Positions 1 through 12,000 of a stretch of 53,071 nt of DNA are shown piece by piece. Source of the stretch: Chromera velia (taxonomy: Eukaryota); NCBI GenBank assembly GCA_018398765.1, contig JAHBMJ010000270.1, positions 1 through 53,071 of the forward strand, given 5' to 3'. The notes below the pieces were generated by a model. The model did no database searches, had not been told where the DNA came from, and saw only the letters and a list, made by a program, of their open reading frames with translations. The first letter of the stretch is position 1; the number at the start of each line of letters is the position of its first letter. The position numbers were made by a program, and so were the translations under genes.

Positions 1-162
1 CTGTGCCTGTGTGGCAGTGTATATACACTAGTCACTGAGACTCACTCTAGTACTAATAGAGATTAAGAACGTAAAATTGATAGATTTGAAATTGCATATG
101 ACTTTTTGTTGATACAATAAAGTTAGAGCACGTACTAAAATTGAGGTGACAATCACTCAGCT

Positions 163-666
163 TTATGACACTTCCTTTTCCTCTTCTTCATGATCACTTT
201 CTTCAATGTGAATCGAATCGATCAGTGGTGGGAGCTGCTGAGAGCTTTTTCTCTGGTGAGACGGAGAACCGCGCACATGTTTGCTATTGCTGTTGGTGTT
301 GGAACCGTCCTGTTTCTGGGCAGCTAAGCATCCAGAGTTGGTAAGTTCGGCTACCCTCTGTGCCGTGCCAGGGCCGACAACAAGCCCCTTATGTTGGAGG
401 TGAATATAGAGAGGTCGGTAGCCTTCCTCACCCGGAGTGATGACTTTCTCAGGAGGGGGAAGTTTGCCCCCAGCCTTCTCAGCATTTGCGTCTGCGGCCG
501 CCTCCTTTGGTTTCAAATTGGTCCTCCCGCCGGGCCCTATAGGAGCAGCCCCCCCTCCAGCACTGTCAGCAGCCCTCCCGTTGCCTTTTCCCTTGCCTTT
601 CTAGAACTGCTCCACACCGACAGGGAATGTGGTCACAGCCTTTCGACGCTCGGGGTCAGGGGCATA
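163..666 (-). pseudogene. GC-rich decayed coding fragment of unknown product
   Basis: The frame YAPDPERRKAVTTFPVGVEQF*KGKGKG...RTNLKPKEAAADANAEK...EEEEKEVS is continuous with ORF 163..516 except for one TAG (rc of cta at 601-603), which is one transition from CAG. No recognisable domain. Confidence 0.25.
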
Positions 667-2529
667 AAGTAAAAGGGGGTGAAACGTCAATTTCAGTGCA
701 GCTCAAAACATTTTTTTTTTGAGAGCAAACCATCAAGATTTAGGTTTTTTCATTTGAATCAGCATACGTAACGGATCGGTACTTGTAAAAGTTTTTTCGG
801 GACCTTCATATTTGAGGTTGAAAGTCATATTGATCAAATATTTGATCATATTTGATAGGTCTTTAAACACTAGGTCCTCCCTGACTGGATATTTGATTTG
901 AGTTTAAGCCTTACCTCAAATCAAATCAAATCAAATCAAACATGGTCACTAGTTACGAACCTGAGCTCGGGGGGCCGTCAGTCCTCTTTCGCGTTCTCTG
1001 TCATGGAGATGCCAAGGCGCATGCCTTGTCCAAGTTGCTGTTGTTCAACCTGAAAAGGATGAGGGTGCACCTGAATGAGAGGGACGGGACTAAGAGGACA
1101 GTTCTAGGCATTGCAGTCGAAAAGAAATTAAAAGGCCTCAGCCAGGTCCTCCTCACGGCTGGCGCTCAGATGTGAATCTTCACTAGCTTAATTACTATAA
1201 GTTTGGCTCGCCCCATATCAAACAGAAGGATCCGCTTTCATCCAGCAAAGTATTTCTGAATTCTTTTAAACTGCATTTTTTATATTTTATGAATCAGAAT
1301 GCATTCCGTAATTTAAAAAAATTTAGAAAGAGTGTGTCCTAGAGTGTGTCAAACTTTAAGTCTTTCTAGAAGTTTTTAATACTGTATGTTTAATTGTTTA
1401 TCAATTTTGAGCTAATTTTTTTTTCGTCTGGGCTTATCTTGGCTTTATATATGTGACTTTGCATTATGATTTGAAAAATGTTTCAAACATATTTACATAA
1501 TTTAATTAGTTTTTAATTTTGAAATGTACATAAGTGACCAAAATTTTTTATAGAATGGCATAGATTCACACGTATAAATTAAAATTTATTAAATTTAAAA
1601 CCAAGCTATCAAGCGGCCCTATATCGGTGGCTTTGCCCAATTAACACCGAAGTGAAAAAAAAACGAAAATGTGGTTAAATTTTAACCGTTAAAATATGCT
1701 AGCTAGTGATATAAAAACCAAATTAGAAATATTATAAATTTTTTTTTAGAGAAATATTATAGAAATCCGGTTTGAGATTTTGATTATTATTAAACTGAAG
1801 TAAATTATATAAGATTTCTCGAGATTTCCATAAAATTTATGACTAGATTTATGACCAAAGACGCACTTCCAGAATATACAATCATCGTGACGCGTTTCTA
1901 CAGAGAAGACGACATACGTCCGACTATAAGCCTCTATGGATGCAGGTACGATGCAAGTACAACTTGAATAATGTACGTATGACATTATGCGACGGATTTC
2001 ATGAGAGCATGACCAGGTAAGTGATTGTCAGTCAGAAGAACGGGTGACGCCAGATGCCATTTCAGATGAAACCACTCGGACTTCGCTCGAATTCATCAAA
2101 CGGAGAGAGTCGACCATCGCTGGAAGGTCCCTTCTCCCCGATCATTGCGGACTCCACGTAAGTCGATGCACGTCACGTTGATGGATCGATGCACAAGTAC
2201 ATACATGTACAGAGAGGCACGCTTATGGCACAAGGGGCATCAAAGCAGCAGTGTCACGTCACAGGATACGAAACAAAGAGAGCCAAAGAAATCGACTCCA
2301 TCCTCAAGCCATCGCTTCACTCGGACTTCTGCTCATCGAATGGTCTTTCTGTCTCATGCGTGCACGTCGTTTGCAGACCCTCCACAGAACTACGGACAGT
2401 GACAGCCCTCACCTCCACATACAGTGTCTGTCATTGCCAAGAAGCACTTCTGTTGTGTCTCCCAGTTCCCTCTGGTCGACTCTTCCTCTCATTTCCATTT
2501 CTCCGGCCGTTCGTCCTCTATTGCCTCGT

Positions 2530-3098
2530 TCAATTCTCATCGTGATCGACGGCCTCGGCCTCCTCGTCTGCGCCTGCGTCCTCGTTCTCGTCCACTGAGG
2601 TCTCCAGGGGCTCCTCCCCTGCAGGAACCTCCACAGGCACGTAGTCCTTGCAGGCGCACCCGCAGGCATCCAGGGGGGTCATCTCGCTTGTGCCCTTCAC
2701 GAGGTTGTTGCACCAGTGGATGTTATCTGCGTACTGCTCGCAGCCGTCTCCATCGGGGTCGCGCCAGTCAGCAGCATCGATGCAGTCAGCTGCAGTGACA
2801 CGCCAACATAGAGGATCACGTTGAGTGGGTGAAGACAATAAAGACCTGCTGCTTGGGCAGAGGCATGACACACTGCAGCACACACACAATTCACAAATTA
2901 CTGACTGTTGTCGGTGAAAGCAGCTCCGTATGTGACTGCGTCCTCTGTCACGTTTGCCTGGTAAGCCTGGATGGTCCCGTCCCTTCCAGTGACAGTGTAA
3001 GTGGGGTATGAAGTGGGCACAGCTCCTCTTCCGCGAGCGGCCAGGGCGTCGCTGGAGCTCACGCTTGCACTACCGCTGCGTCCACCACCGCCTCCCAT
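2530..3098 (-). CDS. Two-exon ~150-aa protein with a small Cys/Trp module and acidic tail
   Basis: Exon 1 3098-2906 (MGGGGGRSG...TDN), intron 2905-2790 (GTCAGT...TGCAG), exon 2 2789-2530. The splice is in frame: ...TDNTDCIDAADWRDPDGDGCEQYADNIHWCNN...ACGCACKDY...DEN*. A pyrimidine tract plus CAG just upstream of the ATG (~3107-3125) suggests a further 5' intron. Confidence 0.6.
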
Positions 3099-3640
3099 GT
3101 TGTTCGCCTGAAAGAGAGAAAAAACGAAACCGAAGGTACAAGATCACAAAACGCTGGAGTATCCAGGCGAGCTTTTGAGCTTCTTCCAGTAAGAGTTCTG
3201 ATATATAAAGAGGGACGGTCTACGTGCACTGTTTCAATCACCAGATCGATCGAATTGAAGTCATGTATCCGAATTTTGTTGCATACCGTTGCGTGCGTTC
3301 AGCCGCTTCAGCGATTCGATTAGTCGATTTTTCATGCGGGCTGCCATGCACCGCGTCGGCATGTCCGAAATGAGGCTCCAAATTTCGCGGGGGCCACGGC
3401 AGAGACGCGTGACACACCTTAATTTCGAGAGGCCTCAGTGCAGATTTGCCATCCGAGACGGATTTTATTTTGGGAGGCTGCAGCCCGGTCCTTCTCAAGA
3501 CACACAACTGCCTGAAATCTGCATTGAGACAGACGAAACTGACACCGAAACCACAGTCAAGCGTGAGCTTACCGCCCTTCCTGCTGTTTCAGAAGAGTTG
3601 CCTGACGTTTTGCTTTGTTGTCGCCATTTTTGACTGCAAA

Positions 3641-4180
3641 ATGAATTTTCTCTTTGTTGGGTTGACGCTTTGCGTCTCAAGTGTTGCTGCCTTCCAAATC
3701 GGTTCTTCCGGGTCCTTTCGACCAAGCCTGCGATCATATTTGAGACGGGCGTATGCGACAGAACTGCGATCTGAAAAGACAGATGCGATCGTTGACCAGT
3801 TGAAGGAGCTCACACTTGTGGAAGCATCTGAACTTGTCAAGAAGATTGAGGAGACGTTCGGGGTCGATGCGTCAGCAGCAGTTGGGGGAGGGATGATGAT
3901 GATGGCTCCTGGGGCCGCTGCAGGGGGGGGGGATGGGGAGGCAGCACCCGCAGCTGAGGAGAAGACAGAGTTCGACGTTGTTTTGGATTCTGTCGATGCA
4001 GCGAAGAGAATTGCCATGATCAAGGTCCTACGAAAAGTCAACACTGAGTTGGGGTTGAAGGAGGCTAAGGAGTTGGTCGACAATCTCCCCAAGCCTGTCC
4101 TTAAGGGAATTGAAAAGGAGAAGGCAGAGGAAACCAAGAAGGCTCTCGAAGAAGCAGGCGGGAAGGTGTCAATCAAGTGA
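3641..4180 (+). CDS. rpl12: Nucleus-encoded plastid 50S ribosomal protein L7/L12 with bipartite targeting peptide (179 aa)
   Basis: L7/L12 N-domain [24 protein letters not shown], Ala/Gly hinge and C-domain [10 protein letters not shown]...[15 protein letters not shown]...[11 protein letters not shown]. Start ATG at 3641 (aaaATG) gives a hydrophobic signal peptide ending VAA-F followed by an S/R-rich transit peptide. Confidence 0.95.
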   Translation: MNFLFVGLTLCVSSVAAFQIGSSGSFRPSLRSYLRRAYATELRSEKTDAIVDQLKELTLVEASELVKKIEETFGVDASAAVGGGMMMMAPGAAAGGGDGEAAPAAEEKTEFDVVLDSVDAAKRIAMIKVLRKVNTELGLKEAKELVDNLPKPVLKGIEKEKAEETKKALEEAGGKVSIK

Positions 4181-5373
4181 AGAAATCCTGCCACTGTTTT
4201 GTTCCACAACCTTTATCGCGCAACACCTCCTTGCTGTCTCCGTCAACGAACAGAGAGAGACTGCACGCGAGACATCAGCCTAAAGGTTCCCCTTTCCACA
4301 TTTCTATTGGAGACGCAAGTGCACCCTCCACTGTCCTCAAGAGCTTTACTGTTCTGTGCCTCTTGAAAGTGTAAGTGGGGTTTGTGCTTGTGCTCTTCCC
4401 TTCCTTCCGTTTCGCTGCCCGTCCAGAAAACGCCTCGCCTGTTTGGTCGTTGTCAGCCGATTGAGTTTTTTATACGGAGAGACGATGATGGAGAATGTCT
4501 TGACTTGCCTGGCGCAGGCACGACAGAAGTTTCTTGCGACTCTTGTCTGTCTCATGCGTCTGTCTCGACGTCTGAGGGTGAGGGGTTTCAGAGAGGAAGG
4601 GGCAGGTAGCCTAACCGTCTCTGCAAGAGAGGGTTGACGGAACAAACCGCGCGCCCCTGTTTGAACGACCGGGTTGGAAGGTTGGATTGACAGATCAATC
4701 TAGAGACTGACCTGGGTGTAATTTTTTTTGAACCCTTATCGCTTCATCTACGTGAACAGTAAGTACATCCATCGTTTATCATCTTGCAAAGCCTTTGTTT
4801 CTGTCCATTCCCTCCGTTTTGCCATTCAATTCCAGTCCCCCGTTGAAGCGTCTCTGGTGGAAGCTGCACCTTCAGGCTGGCTCTTTTACTGTCGCTTGGA
4901 TTCGCCCCCCTTGGACTACCCTTGTTTTCACTTGCATCTCCTCTCTTCGTCGTTCCTTCTCTCCCTCTCCCTTTCCACGCTTTCTCTGTTCTTCATTGTT
5001 TTTTCCCGTCTGGTGTCCACCCTCCCGCCCCCTCACCTCTCATCCGTCCTCATCTGATTGAAAGACTGATTCTCTCTTTTTCAGTGAGTTTTCTGCTCAA
5101 TCTACCGGAATCTACCCTATAGGGGTATCACAGAGAAAAAAAAAAAAGTAAATAACTCTCTTTGTCAGGTATACTTTTTTTTTCTTTTTTTTTTTGTCTA
5201 AAACAACTGTTGTTTAGCTGTTGCACGGGTGTTGCACAAGTGTTGCAGACAAAAAAAAATGTAGATAACCCGTTTTTCTAGAGACTTTTTTGACCTCCCT
5301 GAACCTAACTGCCACTTGAAAGTTCAAGCTGCATTTTTGGATAAGCTTGAAAGTCCGCGCCACGGGCGCGGTA

Positions 5374-6088
5374 CACTGGAACTATAGTATGTCACAATGA
5401 GAATTTCTAGAACCCTTTGTGTCATAATGATTTGTGGCACAATAATTGTGATTTTAAGAACTTTTGACTGATTCAATTAAATCACACTTATATGTGAAAA
5501 AAATGGTTGTAGATTGCGTGTTTACGGTGTTGAGCACGGTTTAACATACGCCGTGGGGTACGTGTTTGACACGTCGTTTGTGAGCGTGAATGTGTGAGTG
5601 AGTAAGTGAGTGAGTGAGGTACTAAATGAGTGATTGAGTGACTCATTGAGTGAGTGAGTAAGTAAGTGAGTGAGTGAGTGCTAGGAGTGAGTGAGTGCTA
5701 GGAGTGAGTGACTGAGTGAGTAAGTCAGATAAGTGAGTGAGTGAATGAATGAATAAATGAATGAGTGCAGTGAGTGAGTGAGATAGTGAGTGAGTGAGTG
5801 AGCAAGTAATTATAAGTGAGTGAGTGGGTGAATGAGGGTAATTATAATGAAACTCTAGGGTCTGACACTTGATCTCTATAAAAGATTGTAAGAGATTGTC
5901 TAAATACTAGTCTAAATGCCTTGACAGATGCCTTGACGTTGCTTTTTTGTCTAATAATTCCATCATACTTAAGTTAATTATTTTAACTATTTCATCATAC
6001 CTATTGTGACACAATTATTTGTGTCACCGGTACCAGTGTATAGGGTATTGTGTCATAATTTGAATTGTCTCACACTATAGTTTCAGTG
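5374..6088. mobile_element. Non-autonomous TIR element, CACTA/EnSpm-like
   Basis: Ends CACTGGAACTATAGT / ACTATAGTTTCAGTG (1 mismatch), 3-bp flanks GTA/GCA, subterminal TGTCACAAT/TTGTGACAC-type motifs, internal (GAGT)n. Confidence 0.55.
5590..5835 (+). repeat. Degenerate (GAGT)n/(GAAT)n microsatellite
   Basis: Visible gtgagtgagt runs, frequently interrupted by gtaa variants. Confidence 0.9.
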
Positions 6089-6647
6089 GCAGACTATGTC
6101 TCATGAATATTAATCAGCATCGTTCATGTGTAAGCATGCTGCTCCGGAAGTAGAAAAGCTTGAAAAGAAGCATCCTAGTTTGAATTAAGTATAAATTCTA
6201 GGCGTAGGACATCAAAATCAAATAATAAAACATAACGTCATTTTTTTCAGTTTTTTTTTTAATATTTGATTTTGATTTTTTTTATTTTTGAAACTAGTTT
6301 TGAATTAAACGATCAAGACCTAGGTCAAGTCATTTCAAAACACCAGTCAAGATGTAAGTTCTAACTGCTTTGATCTTTTTTATAAAAATTTACGAAACAC
6401 TTTATTTATAATTGTTTTCATTGAGATTCATTGAGAGCAGGACAGCACAGTGCTTACGTGCACCCATGTTTGAGCGAAACGCAGAGACTACGACCTTTGG
6501 TCTTATGATCAAAGACAATGACAGGACGCGCTTTGGAAATATTTTCAGGGTCACGAAGGTTTCAGAGTTCCAAAAAATGCAAAAGGTAAAAATGAAGATG
6601 CCAGCGGGGAATCAAGGGTGGGTTGGTAGATGGGCAGAGGTGCTAAT

Positions 6648-7663
6648 CACGCCTCCGACACTCCAAGCTGCTCTTAAACATATTTTTTAAGATTGGATTT
6701 CTGAGCGGTACTTAATTTTAACTTACGATTTTTGAGCGGCAGCACCATTTCGTGCCGCCAAAATTTATCTCATGCGCAACGCGATGCATTGCCTTTACGG
6801 AGCACTGCACGGCCAGGGAAACCACGGCCCCGGTATGCTTCCAAAGTTTCTGCACGGCGTTTTTCTTAGGGCCCATTCATGGAGCCCCGGCAACGACCTG
6901 CAGGCTCAGACGGCAACTGCGCAATATCTCAGAGGGCAGTGCAGTCATGGCTGCGAGTCATGCAAGGGGTATATCATATGTTGTTCAGGTGTATCACGTA
7001 TACAAAATTCAGAAAAAAAGGAGGAGCCTTCCACCCCCCTTCTCTTTTATTCCCTCTTCGTGTCGACCTCCTCCAAACATGAAGGAGCAAATTTTGTGTT
7101 CCCGACAAAATTTGTGCGCGGCCCATCCACTCGGGAATTTTTGGTACCAGAACTTTAAGACCCCTGCCAAATTTTCCCTTTTTTGCCCCCCCCTTACCAA
7201 ACTTTCCCACAAAGGCTCAAATAAGGCAAAAAACACTGCTGAAATCAAAATATCTGACCCATTGAAGGCTGATTTTCTCTAGTCTTCAATACCAAATATT
7301 CCTAAGCTGAAGACCCCTTACCAATTTTTCCAGAGTGGATGGGCCGCGAATTTGTGTACGTATCCAGAAAGTCATTTATTCGTCCTTCAGCTTTCTTCTC
7401 TATTAACAACGCACCTTCCTGTGTATATAACATTTTTTTTTAAGATATAAGCCTTTCATACAGCGTGATTTTTTAAGACATAGGCTGTGTTTGCGGCACA
7501 GCTTTTCAAGACATAGGCCGTGCCTGTGGTGCGGCTTTTCAAGATATAGGTCGCACTTGCGGCACCGCTTTTCAAGACATAGTCTGCGCCTGCGGCGCAG
7601 CCTTTCAAGAATGGATTTTTGAGCGGCATAAAATTTTAAGTAGCCTTGAGTGTCAGGGGGGTA
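6648..7663. mobile_element. Non-autonomous TIR element (CACCCCC..GACAC family), 8-bp TSD
   Basis: Ends CACGCCTCCGACACTCCAAGCT / AGCCTTGAGTGTCAGGGGGGTA; flanks GTGCTAAT (6640-6647) and GTGCCAAT (7664-7671); internal ~33-bp repeats at ~7445-7610 of the type ggccgcgcctgcggcgcggcttttcaagacata. Confidence 0.7.
7117..7348. mobile_element. 232-bp MITE, copy 1 (nested in 6648-7663)
   Basis: TIR CGCGGCCCATCCACTC / GAGTGGATGGGCCGCG, perfect 8-bp TSD AATTTGTG, second copy at 16394-16625. Confidence 0.92.
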
Positions 7664-7785
7664 GTGCCAATTAGAGTTGTTGAAATTCTTAAAGAGGGAA
7701 ATGCAAAAACTGTGTAAGTCAGCCTATCGTGTACAGACTAACTTCAAAATTTATCTCCATAAAAATCGATAAAATTGCTTTCAAA

Positions 7786-8077
7786 AGTGGGACTCGCACC
7801 GGCCAACCGGCTCCGCGGCGTAGCGTCCTTCCATTGAGCCAAGACCGAGCACGTGGACATCGTGCAAATCCATGCATGCAGAATTAAATGCATGTATACA
7901 AATGCATGCATTGCAGTAATTAAATTCAGATTGAGGAGTCAGATAAAATAAGAGACTGCTGCTCGTATGAAGTTGAGAAAGAGACTCTGTTGACACAACC
8001 TCTAGAAATAGGAGCAACGTAAGAGTGCTGTGTATGCCTGTGGCCCGAGGGCCGATAGGTTACATATAAATCTTTCT
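7786..8077 (+). repeat. 5' LTR
   Basis: AGTGGGAC...ATCTTTCT; 8 mismatches to the 3' LTR over 292 bp by manual comparison. Confidence 0.9.
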
Positions 8078-8094
8078 GGTGACGCCAGCGAGAG
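8077..8094 (+). promoter_or_regulatory. Primer-binding site (non-iMet tRNA)
   Basis: TGGTGACGCCAGCGAGAG directly at the end of the 5' LTR, complementary to a tRNA ending ...GGCGUCACCA. Confidence 0.7.
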
Positions 8095-8095
8095 A

Positions 8096-9073
8096 ATGTC
8101 TGACTCCGGTGGTTCGCCTTTCCCTGTATTGGGAGCGAATGACACCTTTCAGCCCTGGTGGGATTCTTGTGAGAACAGGACTGAAGGAGATCAGAAACTG
8201 TTTGGCGCCTCAGAAGAGCAAATTGCTCAGTAGCAAGCCAGCAGAATTTACGCAGCAACTCGTAACCATCACATCGTAGGCAATTCCATTCAATTGTTGT
8301 TTGACCAAAAGAAAAACCCTCTCAACACCACCTTTCGTTCCGGTGGGAAGATTGAGTGGGTCAAGTACAGAGACGCATTGAGGGACAAGGTGAAGCAACT
8401 TCTGGATGAGACCTCGAGAACAAAGAAGAAACAGAACGCTCGACAGTGGCGGACCCTTGCCGATAACGGATATGGATATAAATCCTTCCAACTGATGGTG
8501 GACTCTTTTGAGACCCTGGTTAAGGAAATGAAGAATTGTGGCGCAGAGAGCGATGTCCCTGTATCATTGAGAGGAGAGGCCATGTTTGCCTGCTTTCTCC
8601 AGTACAACCAGAAGAAGATGGAGAATGATTGGGATGAGGACGATCTGTCAGATTATGACAAGATCATGGCGGAGGCCAAAAGGCTTGCTGTCAAATCCCA
8701 TACCAATGCCATCGATGAGCCTCCTGGTGGCCCCCCTATCTGGGTCAAAGCACAAGGCTCTACGCCAAACCCCCCCAAACAGAAATCTCCCATTGTGAAG
8801 GAGGAGGTTGCATTTGTTGGGGGTGCAGGGTTTCCCCCGAGTGGGAAAGGCCACAGGAGAGGCAGAGGCAGGGGCAACGCAGGGTCAGGAAGAAGAGGTT
8901 ATTAAGGGAGTCGGCAGGGGAGAGCAGAGGGACAGAATGGATCCTATGAACAGAAAGACTGCTCCAGATGCGGTCGGAAAGGGGGGCACGATGCTGAGTG
9001 GCTAGCGCACAACGAATGCCCCGGGATGTCGGCTCATTGCGACATCTGTCAGAGGACAGGGCACTTCACCTAA
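8096..9073 (+). pseudogene. gag: Disrupted gag of the copia element
   Basis: One frame runs from ATG 8096 (MSDSGGSPF...) through TAG 8231-8233 and TAA 8903-8905 to two zinc-knuckle motifs, CSRCGRKGGH...C and CDICQRTGHFT. A -1 shift at ~9070 restores C-x2-C-x4-H-x4-C (CDICQRTGHFTLIC) and joins the pol frame. Confidence 0.8.
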
Positions 9074-12000
9074 TATGCTGCCATGACAAGAAGGCGAAGG
9101 CACAGCAGCAGTCCCCTTCATCTTCCTCATCCAACCCTCGAGGCAGGGGGCGTCCACAGGCGTACAGAGGACGGGGAGGGATGCAGGCAGCGCGTGGAGG
9201 TGGCCCCGGTCGATACGACGGAAAAGCGGCATACGTTGCTGACGAGTGGAAAGGTCAAGGGCACTTACCTGACCACAATGAGGTCAGCAGATTTGGGAGG
9301 CAGAATGCCCTGACTGGGAAAGCATCTCAGAAAGCAGGCCACCTTTCTGAATATTTTCGACAGCATATGTGTATGACTGTTCTTCCTTTCTCATCTCTTT
9401 TCTCTCTCCCTTTGCAACATTCTCAGGATGCGGAGGGAGGGATCATCAAACAACAACAGGGCACCACGTTTCAGTTCCGCGACGGGGCACCAAAGCCCTG
9501 GTTCATGACGGAAACGCACAAGGCGTACGTGGTTCCAGAGCATGAGATCGAGAGGAAGCCACCCGATCCCCCAAAACAAGTTCAGTCAATGGTCAGTCAA
9601 GTCGATCCGCCAGGCCGCTTGTCTGTATGGATGCACATAGACTCGTGTACGACTGCACCTCTCGGCTGGGAGAAAGAGCTTGGGGGGATGGTAGTCTGGA
9701 GTGAGCCGTGTGAAGGTTCATTCAGGGTGGCTCTACAAAAATCCCCAAAGAAAATTCAGGTCTCTCGTCTCGTATGCATTGCCCAAAAGAATCGAGTGAG
9801 AGGGAAAGGATGGAAGGTTCTGCTCCTGTGGGTGTATCTGACCGAAGACCCAGTCCCCTATCTGATGCAGGAAGATTATGAGGAGGGGGAAACCCTCCTC
9901 CGGCATGAGGGAAAGGACTCCTACGTGATTGTGCGAGACGCGAGGGGTTTTCTCGTTGAGGTGATAGTTGAGAATCCTAAGGGAGACGCCACCTCCAACC
10001 TTCCATTCACAACCACATTCATTCCCACAGCAGACGAAGTCAAAAAAACAATGCAGAAGACTGGGGGGGCATGGGCAATCAGAGAGAGAACAATCGATTT
10101 TGAGGAACTGAGGGCACACCACAGACGATTCAGACACGTCGGTCGAGATAAACTAGAGCCCACACTGGCAAGCAGGGGGATGCACGCAAGGACTGAAGAC
10201 TGGAAAAGGCTTGAGACAGAGTGCCGGCTGTGCCCCCTCAAAAACGCAACCATTCCCACTCTAGCCCCTGTCCCCACCCAACATGAGGATACGGGTGGGC
10301 CCTTCCAAATCATGCAACTCGATCACTGGTTCCCAAATGATGATGAGGTCAACGGGCCTCACGCATGCTGCCTGAGTGTACTAGATGAGTACAACGGCAT
10401 GGATCTCGACTATCCCCTCAGATCCCGTAACCACTCTGTTGATAGAGTGCGTGACCACATTGAGTTTGTGGAGTCGTTTGGGGATGTTCAATTCCAGAAG
10501 GAAGGTCCGAAAGCCATAGCAGGCAGAATCCGATGTGACAAGGCATCCGAATTTCGTGGAGGACCACTAGGAGATTTTGTTGAACGCAAAGGCATGACGT
10601 TCCTCGATAACCCTGCAGGAGAAAAGGGGCCACTCGGGTTTGTGGAAGGAAAGAACCGCCACAGAAGAACCGAGCTAGCAGCCCTCAGAGCCGAATGGAA
10701 ACGTCGGTTCGGTTCATGCCCCAAATCCCTCTGGGGCCATCAAGCCAGGGGGGTGGCACTAACACGTGCAAAACTCTACAGCAAAGTCCTCAGGACGAGT
10801 CAGTGGGAGAAGGCATTTGGCGTCCCTCCTCCCTTCCGATTCCTCATTGGAGATGTCGGTGTGTTGAGGACAGCAGAGAGTGGCATTGAACTAGCAGGGA
10901 GTGAGGTGGTGTGGCTGTATGAAAAGAACAAAAGCACCGCCGTCGTAACCCGAAAACAACCGAACAGAGATGTCTGGGACATCCTCAAAACCCACCCTCA
11001 ATACGTCAAACCAGTGAAGCGCGGGGTCGTGTCCTGTTGGGGGGGTCCTGATTGGGCGCCAGACAGCGTGGAGATGCCACCACACCCCCTATCCATTACA
11101 GATAACTCATCTGATGCCCCTCCCTCCCACCCTCTGCACGGGGCTGCTGCCAGTCCTGCCGGAGGTAACAATGGAAATGAAGGAGTGCAGGCGATTGGGG
11201 GGGGGGATTTCCCTGAAGAGCACGGCACAAACGTTCCTGCCGATGCTCACGACCGATTCACTGGCATCCGTATTCGCGGACCCGACAACAAACTCACTCC
11301 TCTTGTCATCACCGGAAAGTCTCGCAAGAGCACCCATGTGACTTCCAAAATCCAGCAGCAACCAGATGGTAAGTGGAAGTTTGCAGGCCTGTCTGACACG
11401 ACTGTCCGCAAGACGGACGTCCTCCGGTACTTCGAGTTTGCTGGAGGACATTTGCCTCCTGCCATTGAGGCAGAAATCTCATCCCCTCCCTCTGCACAGG
11501 TGGGGGGGTGTGAGCAAGAGGCACCAGCACAGAGGGAGGAAGAGGCCGAATCCGGAGATCAAGCAGAGGGGGGTGAAGTTCAAGGTGCGGGGGGTGGAGA
11601 CAACAGTGATGACAACGATTTTCTTTTTGGAGAGAATCATCTTACACCTGATGCTCTGACTGGTGGGCAGTTGGGTGAAGAGAGAAGGAACAGGGAGGCA
11701 GAGCAGGAAGAGATGAGGGACAATGGAGAGAGATCTAGTGGGGAACCTCCCGGGTTTGACCTGGGTGAACAACCTCCCGCTCAGAACGTCTTCTTCCTTG
11801 CCCCTACCTATGACTGCTTCTACCTGGGCCCCGACCCTGAGCACCCACTCACGGTCCCCGATGACTTCAAGCAGGGATCCACCCAGACTCCTGCACTCCC
11901 GGAGGAGGTCGCAAAGGGGGACTTCGATGTCGCGTGCCGAGACGAGTGGTTGAAGAACATTGTAGGTAAGGGGGTTCTGGGCAGGGTAGTCGATAGGAAG

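Noticed and set aside
3446..3640. N-terminal extension of the L12 ORF given in the ORF track
   Set aside because: It starts at a non-ATG codon; ATG 3641 places the signal peptide at the N-terminus.
8998..9069. Independent start of the pol ORF
   Set aside because: Non-ATG start; the gag frame carries the zinc knuckle through this interval.
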